In this document: piece by piece, positions 1 to 9,780 of the stretch
Position numbering within the stretch: the stretch's first letter is position 1
Layout: every line of letters starts with the position of its first letter
Assembly: GCA_964653025.1 (NCBI GenBank)
Contig: CAZZBZ010000004.1
Span: forward strand, 4,173-68,172
Source of the DNA: an uncultured Verrucomicrobiota bacterium
GTDB taxonomy: Bacteria > Verrucomicrobiota > Verrucomicrobiia > JABWAM01
Length of the DNA: 64,000 bases
Direction of reading: 5' to 3'
Made by a program: the position numbers and the translations under genes
Notes under the pieces: generated by a model
Told to the model about the DNA's origin: nothing
Database searches by the model: none
The model's input: the letters and a program-made list of their open reading frames with translations, nothing else

Positions 1-2107
1 CGAGGCCGTTGAGGCGGGGCATCGCCACGTCCGAAAGAAGGATCGGAAAACGGGACGGGGTCGCCTCGAAAAGGCGAAGCGCTTCCGCCCCGTCCTTCGC
101 CATGACCACGCGGTAGCCATGCTCACGGAGGATGCGGCCCACCACCGCGCGAACCTTGGAATCATCCTCAACCAGGAGCACGGTCTCTGTCCCACGCAAG
201 GAGCTTTCGTCGACTTTTTCTGGAACTGCATGGACCGCGGGAACCGGACATCGCGGCAGGAGGATGGAGAACTCGGTTCCCTCGCCCACCCGACTCTGGA
301 CATGGAGGTAACCCTTGCTCTGGTGCACGATGCTGTGGACGATCGCGAGACCGAGCCCGGTGCCCTTGCCGCGATCCTTGGTGGTGAAGAAGGGTTCGAA
401 GATGCGGGCCTGGACCTCGGGACTCATCCCGCAGCCCGTATCGGCGACCGCGAAGATCGCATAGTCGCCGGGAGGGGCACTTGGAAAACGGGCATCGGGG
501 CCGTCGAGCGTGCAGGGAGATGTCTCGATACGGAGGGTGCCCTCCTCCCTCATGGCGTCCCGCGCGTTCACAACAAGGTTCATGAGGACCTGGAGCATCT
601 GGTTGTGGTCCGCGACAACCCAAAGGGGAAGCGGGTCGGGCCGCGTCACGATCTCGACATGCTCAAGGACCAGGTGCCGCGCCATCTTGAGGACCTCGCC
701 CACGAGCAGGTTGAGATCGAGGGGTTGCAAGTGACCCACCTGCTGGCGGCTGAGGGAAAGGAGTTGCTGGGTCATCCCGGACCCACGGCTGACGGCCCGA
801 CGGATCTCCTCGATCAGGGACCGCACAGGCGTATCCTCGGGAAGCCTCTTGAAAAGCAGGCTGGCACACCCCCCGAAGACCATGAGGAGGTTGTTGAAGT
901 CGTGAGCAATCCCCGCCGCAAGCTGTCCGACCGTTTCCAGCTTCTGGGATTGGACAAGCTGGGCCTGCAGGGCCAGCTCATGGGTCACGTCGCGCTTGAC
1001 GGCTACGTAGTTGACGATCTTTCCCGCACCATCGAACACCGGGGAAATCGTGGCCTCCTCCTCATAGAGGGTGCCATCCTTCCTCTTGTTGGTCACGTGC
1101 CCGGCCCAGGTTTCCCCGCGGGTCAGGGTCTGCCACATCTCCTGGTAGAAGGCGTTATCGTGTTTACCGCTCTTGAGGATGCGCGGGGTTTGGCCGAGGG
1201 CTTCGGCGCGGGAATAGCCGGTGACTTTCTCGAACGCCGGATTGGCGTAGAGGATCGCGCCATCGGTGTCGGTGATCACGATCATCTCCGCGGCCTGCTC
1301 GATCGCCATGGACTGGCGGCGAAGCTCCATCTCTGTGCGCTTTCGTTCGGTGATCTCCACTCCCACGGTGAGCACACAGGGTTGCGCCTCGACCTCCAAG
1401 GGGGCAAGCGACAGGAGGACGTCCACAACCTGCCCGTCCTTCCTTCGCACACGCGCCTCGACCATCGACGGGGATTCCCCGATTGCGATCGCGTGCACCA
1501 TCCGTTCGCGAGACTCGGGCTCCGCCCAGATCCCCAACTCAATGGAAGTCTTCCCGATGACTTCTTCGCGCGTCCAGCCCAGAAGCTGGCAAAAAGCCTC
1601 GTTCGCCTTCAGAAAGCGTCCATCGAGGGAGGCGGTGATCGAAATCGCGGCGGGGCTCGTACGGAAGACTTTCGCAAGGGTCTCCTCGCTTTCCGCGAGG
1701 GAGACCTGCGCGGCACGGTTTTGGCGGCGGCCCTCCACCTCGCGGAGTTCGCGGCGGACGGCGGGAACCAGGCGGCCAAGGTTCCCCTTCATGAGGTAGT
1801 CGTGGGCGCCCGCCCGCATCGCGGCCACCGCCATTTCCTCTCCAATGGTCCCCGAGATCAGGAGGAAGGGAAGGTCCTGCCCGGTCGCTTTGAGGTCCTT
1901 CAGCGCGTCCAATCCGCTGTAGGAGGGAAGACGGTAGTCGGCGAGGACAAGGTCCCAAGTGCCTTCCGCAAGCGCCTTCTGGAAGGCCCCCCGGGTCTCC
2001 ACCCGTTCGTGGACGACCTCGAAGCCACCCGCGCGCAACTCACGGAGGATGAGAAGGGCGTCTTCCTCGACGTCCTCGACCATCAGCACCCGGAGTTGGT
2101 CGGCCAT
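1..2107 (-). CDS. Hybrid sensor histidine kinase/response regulator (REC-PAS-PAS-HisKA-HATPase_c-REC), C-terminus runs off the window edge
   Basis: Minus-strand frame is open from the ATG at 2107..2105 ([26 protein letters not shown]) to position 1. My own translation shows a receiver domain, two PAS-like blocks, an H-box (AHDFNNLL), a G2 box (GTGLGLAIV) and a second receiver start (TVLLVEDD). It is not in the ORF track because no stop codon falls inside the window. The listed + ORF 119..2173 is its antisense. Confidence 0.7.
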   Translation of the reverse strand, partial: MADQLRVLMVEDVEEDALLILRELRAGGFEVVHERVETRGAFQKALAEGTWDLVLADYRLPSYSGLDALKDLKATGQDLPFLLISGTIGEEMAVAAMRAGAHDYLMKGNLGRLVPAVRRELREVEGRRQNRAAQVSLAESEETLAKVFRTSPAAISITASLDGRFLKANEAFCQLLGWTREEVIGKTSIELGIWAEPESRERMVHAIAIGESPSMVEARVRRKDGQVVDVLLSLAPLEVEAQPCVLTVGVEITERKRTEMELRRQSMAIEQAAEMIVITDTDGAILYANPAFEKVTGYSRAEALGQTPRILKSGKHDNAFYQEMWQTLTRGETWAGHVTNKRKDGTLYEEEATISPVFDGAGKIVNYVAVKRDVTHELALQAQLVQSQKLETVGQLAAGIAHDFNNLLMVFGGCASLLFKRLPEDTPVRSLIEEIRRAVSRGSGMTQQLLSLSRQQVGHLQPLDLNLLVGEVLKMARHLVLEHVEIVTRPDPLPLWVVADHNQMLQVLMNLVVNARDAMREEGTLRIETSPCTLDGPDARFPSAPPGDYAIFAVADTGCGMSPEVQARIFEPFFTTKDRGKGTGLGLAIVHSIVHQSKGYLHVQSRVGEGTEFSILLPRCPVPAVHAVPEKVDESSLRGTETVLLVEDDSKVRAVVGRILREHGYRVVMAKDGAEALRLFEATPSRFPILLSDVAMPRLNGL

Positions 2108-2133
2108 GGGAAGGATCCTCGTGAATCTGGCGA

Positions 2134-2574
2134 TTACTTGCGAAAGGGATGCTCGTTGATGAGGAGCCAGTAGACCCCGAGTTCGCGCACCGCCTCGGAG
2201 AAGCGATCGAAGTCCACCGGCTTGCGCACGTAGCTGTTGGCGCCGAGTTCGTAGCTCTGGATCACGTCCTGCTCCTCGCGCGAGGAGGTGAGCACGACCA
2301 CGGGCAGAAGTTTCATGCGCGGGTCGGCACGAATCCGTTTGAGGACCTCGAGGCCGTCGACCTTCGGCAGTTTGAGGTCGAGCAGCACCACGGCGGGAAC
2401 CACGGCGGGGTTGCGCGAGGCGAACTTCCCCGTGCAAAACAACCACTCAAGCGCCTCGGCACCATCACGGGCAACGATCACCTCGTTTTGGATTTTGTTT
2501 CTTTGGAAGGCGCGCACGGTCAGCGCCTCATCGTCAGGACTGTCTTCGACCAGCAGGATGGGTTGGGTGTTCAT
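2134..2574 (-). CDS. Stand-alone response regulator receiver (CheY-like)
   Basis: MNTQPILLVEDSPDD.., conserved Asp/Lys receiver pattern, no output domain. The internal ATG at 2574 is preferred; the tracked TTG at 2616 would translate the octamer repeat region. Confidence 0.8.
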   Translation of the reverse strand: MNTQPILLVEDSPDDEALTVRAFQRNKIQNEVIVARDGAEALEWLFCTGKFASRNPAVVPAVVLLDLKLPKVDGLEVLKRIRADPRMKLLPVVVLTSSREEQDVIQSYELGANSYVRKPVDFDRFSEAVRELGVYWLLINEHPFRK

Positions 2575-2592
2575 GGGAATGGCGGAGGTTGA

Positions 2593-2672
2593 GAGGTTCA
2601 AGGGTTCACGGTTCAACGGTTCAACGGCTCAGAGAACTTACCCGCTTGTGGCGGATTCACGGTTCATTGCTC
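2593..2672. repeat. Tandem 8-bp repeats (GTTCAAGG GTTCACGG TTCAACGG TTCAACGG ..) in the HK-RR intergenic region
   Basis: Direct reading of the sequence. The same about 35-nt repeat block recurs at 38133..38170 and inverted at 38251..38276. Confidence 0.8.
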
Positions 2673-4369
2673 AAGGTGAAGAAAAAGGTAGCGCCTTGCT
2701 CGACCGCTCCCTCGGCCCATGCCCGACCGCCGTGACGGTGGACGATGCGCTGGACGTTGGCGAGCCCGATCCCGGTCCCCTCGAACTCTCGCGTGGCATG
2801 GAGTCGCTGGAAGGGAGCGAAGAGTTTGTCCGCATAGGTCATATCGAACCCTGCCCCATCGTCGCGGACGAAGAAAACAGGGGGCGAACCGACCCCGTCC
2901 CCGCCTCCGGGAGGCCGAACGCCGAACTCGATCCTCGCCTTCGGGTGGCGCGCGGTGAACTTCCATGCGTTGCCGAGAAGGTTCTCAAGGAGGATCCGGG
3001 CAAGGCCCGGGTCGGCGCGTGCCACCAAGCCGGGGGTAATCCTCCACTCGACGACGCGTGCGGCCTCCCCGTGCCCAAGCTCCTCCGCCACCTCCCGCGC
3101 AAGGACGCTCAGGTCCACGCGGCCGAGGTGCATCTCCATGCGGCTCACACGGGAGAGCTTGAGCAGATCATCAATGAGCAGGCCCATTCGCTGGCTGGCG
3201 GCGCGGATGCGGCCGAGATGCTCGCGGGCGGTCGTGTCCAGTTGTCCCGCGCAGTCCTCCAGAAGCACCTTGCTGAACCCATCGATCCCCCGGAGCGGGG
3301 TGCGCAGGTCGTGGGAGACCGAGTAGGCGAAGGTCTCGAGTTCCTTGTTCGCGGCCGCGAGCTGGGCGGTCCGTTCTGTGACGCGTCGCTCGAGCTCCAC
3401 GTTGAGCGTAAGGATCATCTTCCCCGCCTGCCGTTTCCACCAGAGCACGAGCGAGAGGCCGATGATCACCACCAACCCCGAGGTCGCCAGGAATGCCCAT
3501 GCGGTCTCCATTCGGAGCGGGGCGAAGATTTCCTCCGCGTCCACCTTGGCGACCAGGAACCAGGGACTCCCGGGAACCCGTCGGATCGCCGCCAGCACCG
3601 GAAATCCCCGATAATCCTCCCCCTCCACGATCCCTTCCTCGCCGCGGATCGCCATCGCCGCCGGGAGTTGGGGGTCGTTGACAGGGAGACGGAGGGTCAG
3701 CGCCGTTCCCTTCCGGTGACGGAGTTCGTTGAGGTAAAGGACGTCCTTCCCCTCCTGGCGAATCAGCAGGGTTTCCGCGGTCCGACTCGGGACCGGCCAG
3801 CCCTGGATCAGCGGATAGAGGAAGCGCTGCGGGTCGACCCGGCACACGAGCGCCCCGGCACCTTGAAGCGGTACGTAGAGGTTGAGGTGCGGCACGGGAA
3901 TCTCGCGGGAAGAATGAAACTCCGAGAGGGCGACTTCCCCCTTGCGTAATACCCGAATCGCCTCGGCCGAGGCTTCGGCGGGCAGCTGCATCCCATCCAG
4001 CCCGGTGGCCAGCCTCGGGCGTCCCGAGGCATCCAGCAACAGCACTGCACGGTAGTCATAGCGCGAGGCCATGGCCCCCAACCAATGGCGGATCGGCTTT
4101 TCCAGGACGGGCGACGGAGAACGCAGATAACGGGCGATGGCCTCAACCTCCAGCGGGGTCCGCGCGGCGACAAGGCCGTCCTCCATCCGTTCCCGTCGCC
4201 ACTCGACGATCTGGTTAATTTTGAGTTCTGCGATTGCGGCGAGTTGAACGGCGGCCTCGTTCTGTAAGATACGGCACTGGTTGCGATGGTATCCATAGCC
4301 CGTGGCGAGGACGAGCGCGGCCAACACGAGGAAGACCGCCGCGGGAACGGCCCGGCTGGGTCGGGCCAT
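2657..4369 (-). CDS. Sensor histidine kinase with periplasmic sensing domain (2 TM, HisKA, HATPase_c)
   Basis: ORF 2657..4522. The start is placed at MARPSRAVPAAVFLVLAALVLA (TM1). Includes SVSHDLRTPL (H-box), DDGAGFD and GTGIGLANV boxes. Confidence 0.8.
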   Translation of the reverse strand: MARPSRAVPAAVFLVLAALVLATGYGYHRNQCRILQNEAAVQLAAIAELKINQIVEWRRERMEDGLVAARTPLEVEAIARYLRSPSPVLEKPIRHWLGAMASRYDYRAVLLLDASGRPRLATGLDGMQLPAEASAEAIRVLRKGEVALSEFHSSREIPVPHLNLYVPLQGAGALVCRVDPQRFLYPLIQGWPVPSRTAETLLIRQEGKDVLYLNELRHRKGTALTLRLPVNDPQLPAAMAIRGEEGIVEGEDYRGFPVLAAIRRVPGSPWFLVAKVDAEEIFAPLRMETAWAFLATSGLVVIIGLSLVLWWKRQAGKMILTLNVELERRVTERTAQLAAANKELETFAYSVSHDLRTPLRGIDGFSKVLLEDCAGQLDTTAREHLGRIRAASQRMGLLIDDLLKLSRVSRMEMHLGRVDLSVLAREVAEELGHGEAARVVEWRITPGLVARADPGLARILLENLLGNAWKFTARHPKARIEFGVRPPGGGDGVGSPPVFFVRDDGAGFDMTYADKLFAPFQRLHATREFEGTGIGLANVQRIVHRHGGRAWAEGAVEQGATFFFTLSNEP

Positions 4370-4545
4370 AGTCTCCCTCAGAGGCGGCGACGCCCCGGTC
4401 GACCGGGCAGCACCTAAGTCTTCGGATCGGCTCATGTTCTCCGGACGGAAACGGGAAGACGCTCCGCCAATAATCCCTCCACGAATCAGGGTTACCGTAA
4501 GGCGAAGACCCCGTCCATGCAATAATCAAGAGGCTGCGATTCGAC

Positions 4546-5574
4546 TCACCCTCCCATCGCAAACATCACCTTGCCGGCGCGGCCACCGGCCATGGCGAGT
4601 TCGAGCGCAGCATGCGCCTCGGCGAGCGAAAACTGCCGCGCCACCGGAATCTCCAGTTTCCCGGCACGGACGAGCGCCGAGATCTCCGCGATCATCCCCA
4701 GCGCCCGCTCACGCGGTGCGTCGCGAAACCAGCGCGACACCCAGAACCCGCGGTACTGGAGATCCTTGAAAATCAGCGGCCCGGCCCCGACCGCAAAGGG
4801 CTGCTTGCTCATCCCCCCATAGGTGACAAGCACCCCGCCCGCGCCGAGGGCGCGGGAAAGATTCAGCGCGCTCTCTCCACCCACGGCATTCAGCGCGAGG
4901 CGGATCGGGCTCCCGTTCGTGAGTTCCTTCACGCGACGCCCGAGGTTCTCTCCTTCGGGAAGAACGATGTCCGCGCCAATCGCCTTGAGTTCAGTCTCCA
5001 ACTCGGGTCGCCGCACGAGGTTAAGGGTCTTCAGGCCGCGGTGCCGCGCGATCTGGATGACGCAGCGCCCAACCGCGGAGTTCGCCGCGTTCTGGGCGAT
5101 CCAGTCGCCGGGTTCGAGATTCACAAAATCCTCGAGCATCCGCCACGCGGTGGGCGGGTTCACGGTGAGCCCGGCGGCCTGCTCAAGGGTCAACCCCTCC
5201 GGTAGCGGCAAGGTGTCCTTCGCCTCGGCCACGAGAAACTCCCGCCACGTCCCCAGCCCTGGCGAAGGACGGACCACCTGCCCGACGCGAAGCCCTTCGA
5301 CCCCCACCCCAACCTCCTCCACCACGCCGGCTCCTTCGCCCCCACCAACGGCCGGCGGTGGGCGAACCGTGCCGTAGGTCCCCTCGATCGTGTTCAGATC
5401 GGCGGGATGGATCAGGGCGCGCCGCATCGCAATGAGCACCTGTCCCGGCCCTGGCCGGGAGACCTCCTCGCGTTCCATCGCAATCACCTCAAGGGGAGGG
5501 CCGTGGCGGCGAAAGACGACAGCGAGCGAGGAACGGGAATCGCTGGGGGGAGGCATGGGCGTGATTGTGCGCAC
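4546..5574 (-). CDS. Zn-dependent/quinone oxidoreductase, MDR superfamily (Qor-like)
   Basis: LAVVF..GPGQVLI..PADLNTIEGTYG pattern, GAGGV..VTYGGMS Rossmann region. Confidence 0.8.
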   Translation of the reverse strand: MRTITPMPPPSDSRSSLAVVFRRHGPPLEVIAMEREEVSRPGPGQVLIAMRRALIHPADLNTIEGTYGTVRPPPAVGGGEGAGVVEEVGVGVEGLRVGQVVRPSPGLGTWREFLVAEAKDTLPLPEGLTLEQAAGLTVNPPTAWRMLEDFVNLEPGDWIAQNAANSAVGRCVIQIARHRGLKTLNLVRRPELETELKAIGADIVLPEGENLGRRVKELTNGSPIRLALNAVGGESALNLSRALGAGGVLVTYGGMSKQPFAVGAGPLIFKDLQYRGFWVSRWFRDAPRERALGMIAEISALVRAGKLEIPVARQFSLAEAHAALELAMAGGRAGKVMFAMGG

Positions 5575-5611
5575 GGGGCGCCGAGACTACAATCCTTCCT
5601 CACCTCGAACC

Positions 5612-5686
5612 ATGACCCGCCTCATCTCCATCTCCATCGACTTCGACCTGCTCACCGCTCACCGCTTACTGCTCACTGGCGAATAG
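5612..5686 (+). other. 24-codon upstream ORF that duplicates the N-terminus of the downstream HAD hydrolase (MTRLISISIDFDLL.. vs MIRLISTDFDGT..)
   Basis: atgacccgcctcatctccatctccatcgacttcgacc (5612-) versus atgatccgcctcatctccaccgacttcgacgg (5689-). The uORF stop TAG at 5684-5686 lies 2 nt before the main ATG. Confidence 0.3.
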
Positions 5687-5688
5687 CC

Positions 5689-6477
5689 ATGATCCGCCTC
5701 ATCTCCACCGACTTCGACGGGACCATCTACGATGGGGCCGCCCCGGACCCCGTGGACCGGGATCTCGTGAAGCATCTCGACGAGGTGCGGGCCGGGGGTG
5801 CGGTGTGGGTGATCAACACCGGGAGGCTTTGCCCCGATGTGCTGCTTATTCTCTCCACGCTCGGGCTCGAGACGCGCCCCGACTTCATCGTCTCGGTGGA
5901 GCGTAACATCCATCGCCGCACGGGATCGAGCTACGAGGAACACGAGTCCTGGAACCGAACCTGCCGCGAAGACCACCAGGTACTTTTTGGGGCTGCGAAG
6001 CCGGGGGTTGAGCGCATCCGACGGCGAATCGAGGCGGAGCTCGATGCCGTGCTCTACCAGGACGAGTGGTCTCCCCTCTCCATCATTGCGAAGTCCCCTG
6101 AGGACGCCGACCTGATCCATCGCTGGACCCTTGAAGAATGCGAGCAGGTCGCGGGCCTTCGGATCGTCCGCAACACCCAGTACTTCCGATTCGGTCACGC
6201 CGACTACAGCAAGGGGACCGCCCTCGCGGAAATCGCCCGCATGCTCGGGTTGAAGCCGGAGGAGATTTTCGCGGCGGGCGACCACTACAACGACCTGCCC
6301 ATGCTCGACGGCGTCCACGCCCATCACGTCGCCGCCCCGTCGAACGCCATTGCGGAGGTGAAGACGGCTGTCCGCAGCGCGGGCGGCCACGTCTCCCGCC
6401 ACCCCTGCGGACGGGGCGTGCTCGATGCCTTGCGCCGACTCAACCGACCCACCCAACCCCAACGCACAAAATCATGA
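5689..6477 (+). CDS. HAD-superfamily hydrolase, Cof-like (HAD-IIB)
   Basis: MIRLISTDFDGTIYDG (DxDGT motif I), ..AAGDHYNDLPML (motif IV). The stop overlaps the deoC start (ATGA). Confidence 0.85.
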   Translation: MIRLISTDFDGTIYDGAAPDPVDRDLVKHLDEVRAGGAVWVINTGRLCPDVLLILSTLGLETRPDFIVSVERNIHRRTGSSYEEHESWNRTCREDHQVLFGAAKPGVERIRRRIEAELDAVLYQDEWSPLSIIAKSPEDADLIHRWTLEECEQVAGLRIVRNTQYFRFGHADYSKGTALAEIARMLGLKPEEIFAAGDHYNDLPMLDGVHAHHVAAPSNAIAEVKTAVRSAGGHVSRHPCGRGVLDALRRLNRPTQPQRTKS

Positions 6478-7145
6478 AACGAGAACAAGTTGCCCAGATG
6501 CTGGACCTGTCCGTGCTTCGCCCCGAGTCCACCCGAGCCGACGCCCTCGCCGGATGCCGCCTCGGCATCGAGCATGGTGTCAAGTCCGTGATCGTCCTGC
6601 CCTGCTGGATCGACGATATCGTCGAAGCCCTCCGCGGCAGCAAGGTGCTGCCCTCGGTGGTAATCGGCTTTCCCTTCGGCGGGGAAACCCCGGCCACCAA
6701 GGCCGCCAGTTCGAAGGAGGCGACCCAGCGCGGGGCGGTTGAACTCGACGTGGTTTTGTCCGTCGGAAAACTCCGCGACGGCAAGAAGGACTTTGTCCGG
6801 GATGACATCAAGGGGGTCGTCCAGGCCGCGAAAGGGGTCAACCCGAAGGCGATCATCAAGGTGATCCTTGAGACCTGCTACCTCGACGACGCACAGAAAA
6901 AGCTGGCCTGCCAGATCTCCGAAGAGGCGGGGGCCGACTTCGTCAAGACCTCCACAGGCTTCGGATCGAAAGGAGCCACGGTCGAGGACATCCGCCTCAT
7001 GCGCGCGAGCGTCTCCCCGAAGATCGGGGTGAAGGCCTCCGGCGGCATCCGCGACTGGGCCGCCGCCGGGGCACTCATCGCCGCCGGGGCCAACCGCCTC
7101 GGCTGCTCGAACCCAGCGTCAATCCTCGACGGGATGCCAAAGTGA
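6474..7145 (+). CDS. deoC: Deoxyribose-phosphate aldolase
   Basis: MKREQVAQMLDLSVLRPE..VKTSTGFG..KASGGIR; classic DeoC length and motifs. ATGA overlap with the upstream gene. Confidence 0.9.
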   Translation: MKREQVAQMLDLSVLRPESTRADALAGCRLGIEHGVKSVIVLPCWIDDIVEALRGSKVLPSVVIGFPFGGETPATKAASSKEATQRGAVELDVVLSVGKLRDGKKDFVRDDIKGVVQAAKGVNPKAIIKVILETCYLDDAQKKLACQISEEAGADFVKTSTGFGSKGATVEDIRLMRASVSPKIGVKASGGIRDWAAAGALIAAGANRLGCSNPASILDGMPK

Positions 7146-7259
7146 ACCCATCCTGGAACGACATTCGGACGACCCGTCGGGTCGTCCCTACCGCCCGCCT
7201 CAACCCGGACTTCCCCAGATAGGGCGGGGCCGCCGGCCCCGCCACCGCCCGCCCGCACC

Positions 7260-8186
7260 ATGAGCGCTCCCGATCTCGTCATCGACGTCGAGGGGGTTAC
7301 CAAGTGTTTTGACGGCCACGCGGTCGTCAACGGCATCTCGATGCAGGTGCGCCGCGGGGAGATCCACGGCTTCCTCGGCCCCAACGGCAGCGGCAAGACC
7401 ACCTTCATCCGCATGCTCTGCGGACTACTCCGCCCCGACGGCGGCCGCGGGACCTGTCTCGGGCACGACCTCCTCACGGGAAGCGACGACATCAAGCGCG
7501 AGGTCGGATACATGACCCAGCGCTTCAGCTTCTACGAGGACCTCACCATCTCCGAGAACCTGGACTTCGTCGCGCGTGTGTACGGGGTGCCCGACCGCCG
7601 CGGGACCGTGGACGCCAGCCTCGACCGCCTCGGTCTTCGGGACCGTCGCAACCAGCTCGCCGGCACGCTCTCGGGTGGTTGGAAACAGCGGCTCGCCCTC
7701 GCTGCCTGCCTCCTCCACAAGCCCCGCCTCCTCCTCCTCGACGAACCGACCGCCGGCGTCGACCCGAAGGCGCGACGCGACTTCTGGGACGAGATCCACC
7801 GCCTCGCGGCGGAGGGCCTGACCGTGCTCATCACGACCCACTACATGGACGAGGCGGAGCGCTGCCACCGCCTCGCCTACATCGCCTACGGGAACATCCT
7901 CGCGCGCGGAACCTCGGATGAGGTGGTTGCCGCGGCGGGACTCACCACCTGGGCGGTCTCGGGTCCGGGCCTCGGAAAGCTCGCCTCGCAGCTCCGTAAC
8001 TTGCCGGGGATCGAGCAGGTCGTTGCCTTCGGGAACACCCTCCACGCCAGCGGCCACGACGCCGCCCGCCTCGAGGCCTCCCTCGCCCCCTTCCGCACGG
8101 ACCCGGCGCTCCGCTGGCAACGCGCGGAATCCAGCCTCGAAGATGTGTTCATCAGCCTGATGGGGCGCGCGGAGGACCGCCGATGA
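7260..8186 (+). CDS. ABC transporter ATP-binding protein (ABC-2 exporter type)
   Basis: GPNGSGKTT Walker A, LSGGWKQRLALA signature, LLLDEPTAGVD Walker B. Confidence 0.9.
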   Translation: MSAPDLVIDVEGVTKCFDGHAVVNGISMQVRRGEIHGFLGPNGSGKTTFIRMLCGLLRPDGGRGTCLGHDLLTGSDDIKREVGYMTQRFSFYEDLTISENLDFVARVYGVPDRRGTVDASLDRLGLRDRRNQLAGTLSGGWKQRLALAACLLHKPRLLLLDEPTAGVDPKARRDFWDEIHRLAAEGLTVLITTHYMDEAERCHRLAYIAYGNILARGTSDEVVAAAGLTTWAVSGPGLGKLASQLRNLPGIEQVVAFGNTLHASGHDAARLEASLAPFRTDPALRWQRAESSLEDVFISLMGRAEDRR

Positions 8187-8485
8187 GTTCCAATGTTCAA
8201 AAGGAGACATTCCTGATCATCGGGGAGCATACGCGACTCGCGTGTCCAAACTCGGCGGCCCGCCGATTTTTCTCTTCTCGGATTCCGTTTGGCGAGCCGC
8301 CAAACGGGACACGCCAGCGGCGTGTGCTCCCCGATCCATTCCCCACCTTTGTAGGAGCCGCTGCCAGCGGCGACCCGAAATGGGGGGCCTGCCGACTGCA
8401 TGGTGCGAACCCTCGTGGCGTGGCGCATCCCAATTTCCTTTCGCCTCTGGCAGCGACTCCTACAGCCCCGACCGACTGAGATCCA

Positions 8486-9664
8486 ATGTCTGCTCTTCAA
8501 TCAGAAATCAGAAATCAGAAATCGCCAATCTGGCAGCGCTTTAGCGCCGCCAGATTTGTTGCGATCCTCGTCAAGGAGTTCATCCAGATGCGGCGGGACC
8601 GCCTCACCTTCGGGATGATGGTCGGGATCCCGGTGCTTCAACTCGTCCTCTTCGGCTTCGCGATCAACTCCGATCCCAAGCACCTGCCCACCGCCGTCCT
8701 CGTCGCCGACCCGGGCCCGTTCGCGCGGACACTCGTCGAGGCGATGAGCAACAGCGCCTACTTCGAGATCGTTCGCTCCCCCGCCTCCGAGCGCGAGGCG
8801 ACCGCGCTCCTCCGCTCGGGACGCGTCCAGTTCGTGCTCACGATCCCCGAAGACTTCACCCGCCGCCTCGTGCGCGGGGAACGCCCCGCGGTGGTCCTCG
8901 AGGCCGACGCCACCGACCCGGCCGCCACGAGCAACGCCCTCGCCGCGCTCGACACCCTCGCGCGCGAGTCCCTCGACCGTGACCTGAAGGGCCCCCTCGC
9001 CGACCTGCGCGCCACGCCGGGCCCCATCGAACTCCGCATCCACCGCAAGTACAACGAGGAGGGGATCACCGCCTACAACATCGTCCCCGGCCTCATGGGC
9101 GTCGTGCTCACGATGACGCTCGTGATGGCCACCTCCCTCGCGATCACGCGCGAGCGCGAGCGCGGCACGATGGAGAACCTGCTCTCCACCCCCGCTCGCC
9201 CGCTCGAGGTGATGCTCGGCAAGCTCATCCCCTACATCCTCGTCGGCTACATCCAGGTGGCGCTGATCCTTCTCGCGGCGCGCTTCGTCTTCGGGGTGCC
9301 CATCATGGGCAATCCCTTTTGGCTGGCGCTCTTCGCCCTCGCCTTCATCGTGGCGAACCTCATGGTCGGGATCACCTTCTCGACGCTCGCCCGCAACATG
9401 CTCCAGGCGATGCAGATGTCGTTCTTCTTCTTCCTGCCCTCGCTCCTCCTCTCGGGGTTCATGTTCCCCTTCCGCGGCATGCCCGGGTGGGCCCAGGCCA
9501 TCGGCAACCTCCTCCCCCTCACCCACTTCAACCGGATCGTCCGCGGCATCCTCCTCAAGGGCTACGGCCCGCTCGACGCCCTCCCCCACCTCTGGCCGAT
9601 CACGCTCTTCCTCCTCGTCGTCATGGTGATCGGCCTGAAACGCTACCGCCGAACGCTGGATTGA
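8486..9664 (+). CDS. ABC-2 family transporter permease
   Basis: Six TM helices, ABC-2 membrane protein pattern (RFVAILVKEFIQMRRDR..). It lies 300 bp downstream of the ATPase gene. Confidence 0.8.
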   Translation: MSALQSEIRNQKSPIWQRFSAARFVAILVKEFIQMRRDRLTFGMMVGIPVLQLVLFGFAINSDPKHLPTAVLVADPGPFARTLVEAMSNSAYFEIVRSPASEREATALLRSGRVQFVLTIPEDFTRRLVRGERPAVVLEADATDPAATSNALAALDTLARESLDRDLKGPLADLRATPGPIELRIHRKYNEEGITAYNIVPGLMGVVLTMTLVMATSLAITRERERGTMENLLSTPARPLEVMLGKLIPYILVGYIQVALILLAARFVFGVPIMGNPFWLALFALAFIVANLMVGITFSTLARNMLQAMQMSFFFFLPSLLLSGFMFPFRGMPGWAQAIGNLLPLTHFNRIVRGILLKGYGPLDALPHLWPITLFLLVVMVIGLKRYRRTLD

Positions 9665-9780
9665 CAGGGAAAGACGCCGCGCGACATGGTCCGGGAGTGA
9701 CAGGCTTGGACCGCAAGCTGCTCTACGGGTGCGCGGAAACCCTCGTGCTGGCCCTGCTCGCCGAGGAATCGAGTTACGGC

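Noticed and set aside
119-2173. 684-aa plus-strand ORF (the longest in the first 2 kb)
   Set aside because: It is the antisense shadow of the minus-strand hybrid histidine kinase. Its translation is low-complexity and Arg/Gly/Asp-rich with no domain logic, whereas the opposite strand gives clean REC/PAS/HisKA/HATPase motifs.
2575-2616. TTG-initiated N-terminal extension of the response regulator (MNREPLNLSTSAIP)
   Set aside because: It would be translated from the octamer tandem repeat. The receiver domain starts cleanly at the internal ATG (MNTQPILLVEDS).
8183-8479. 98-codon ORF between the ABC ATPase and permease genes (ATGA-coupled)
   Set aside because: The translation is low-complexity (Pro/Ala/Arg-rich) and spans the palindromic repeats. 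More likely a non-coding repeat insert, though the ATGA overlap is noted in the findings.
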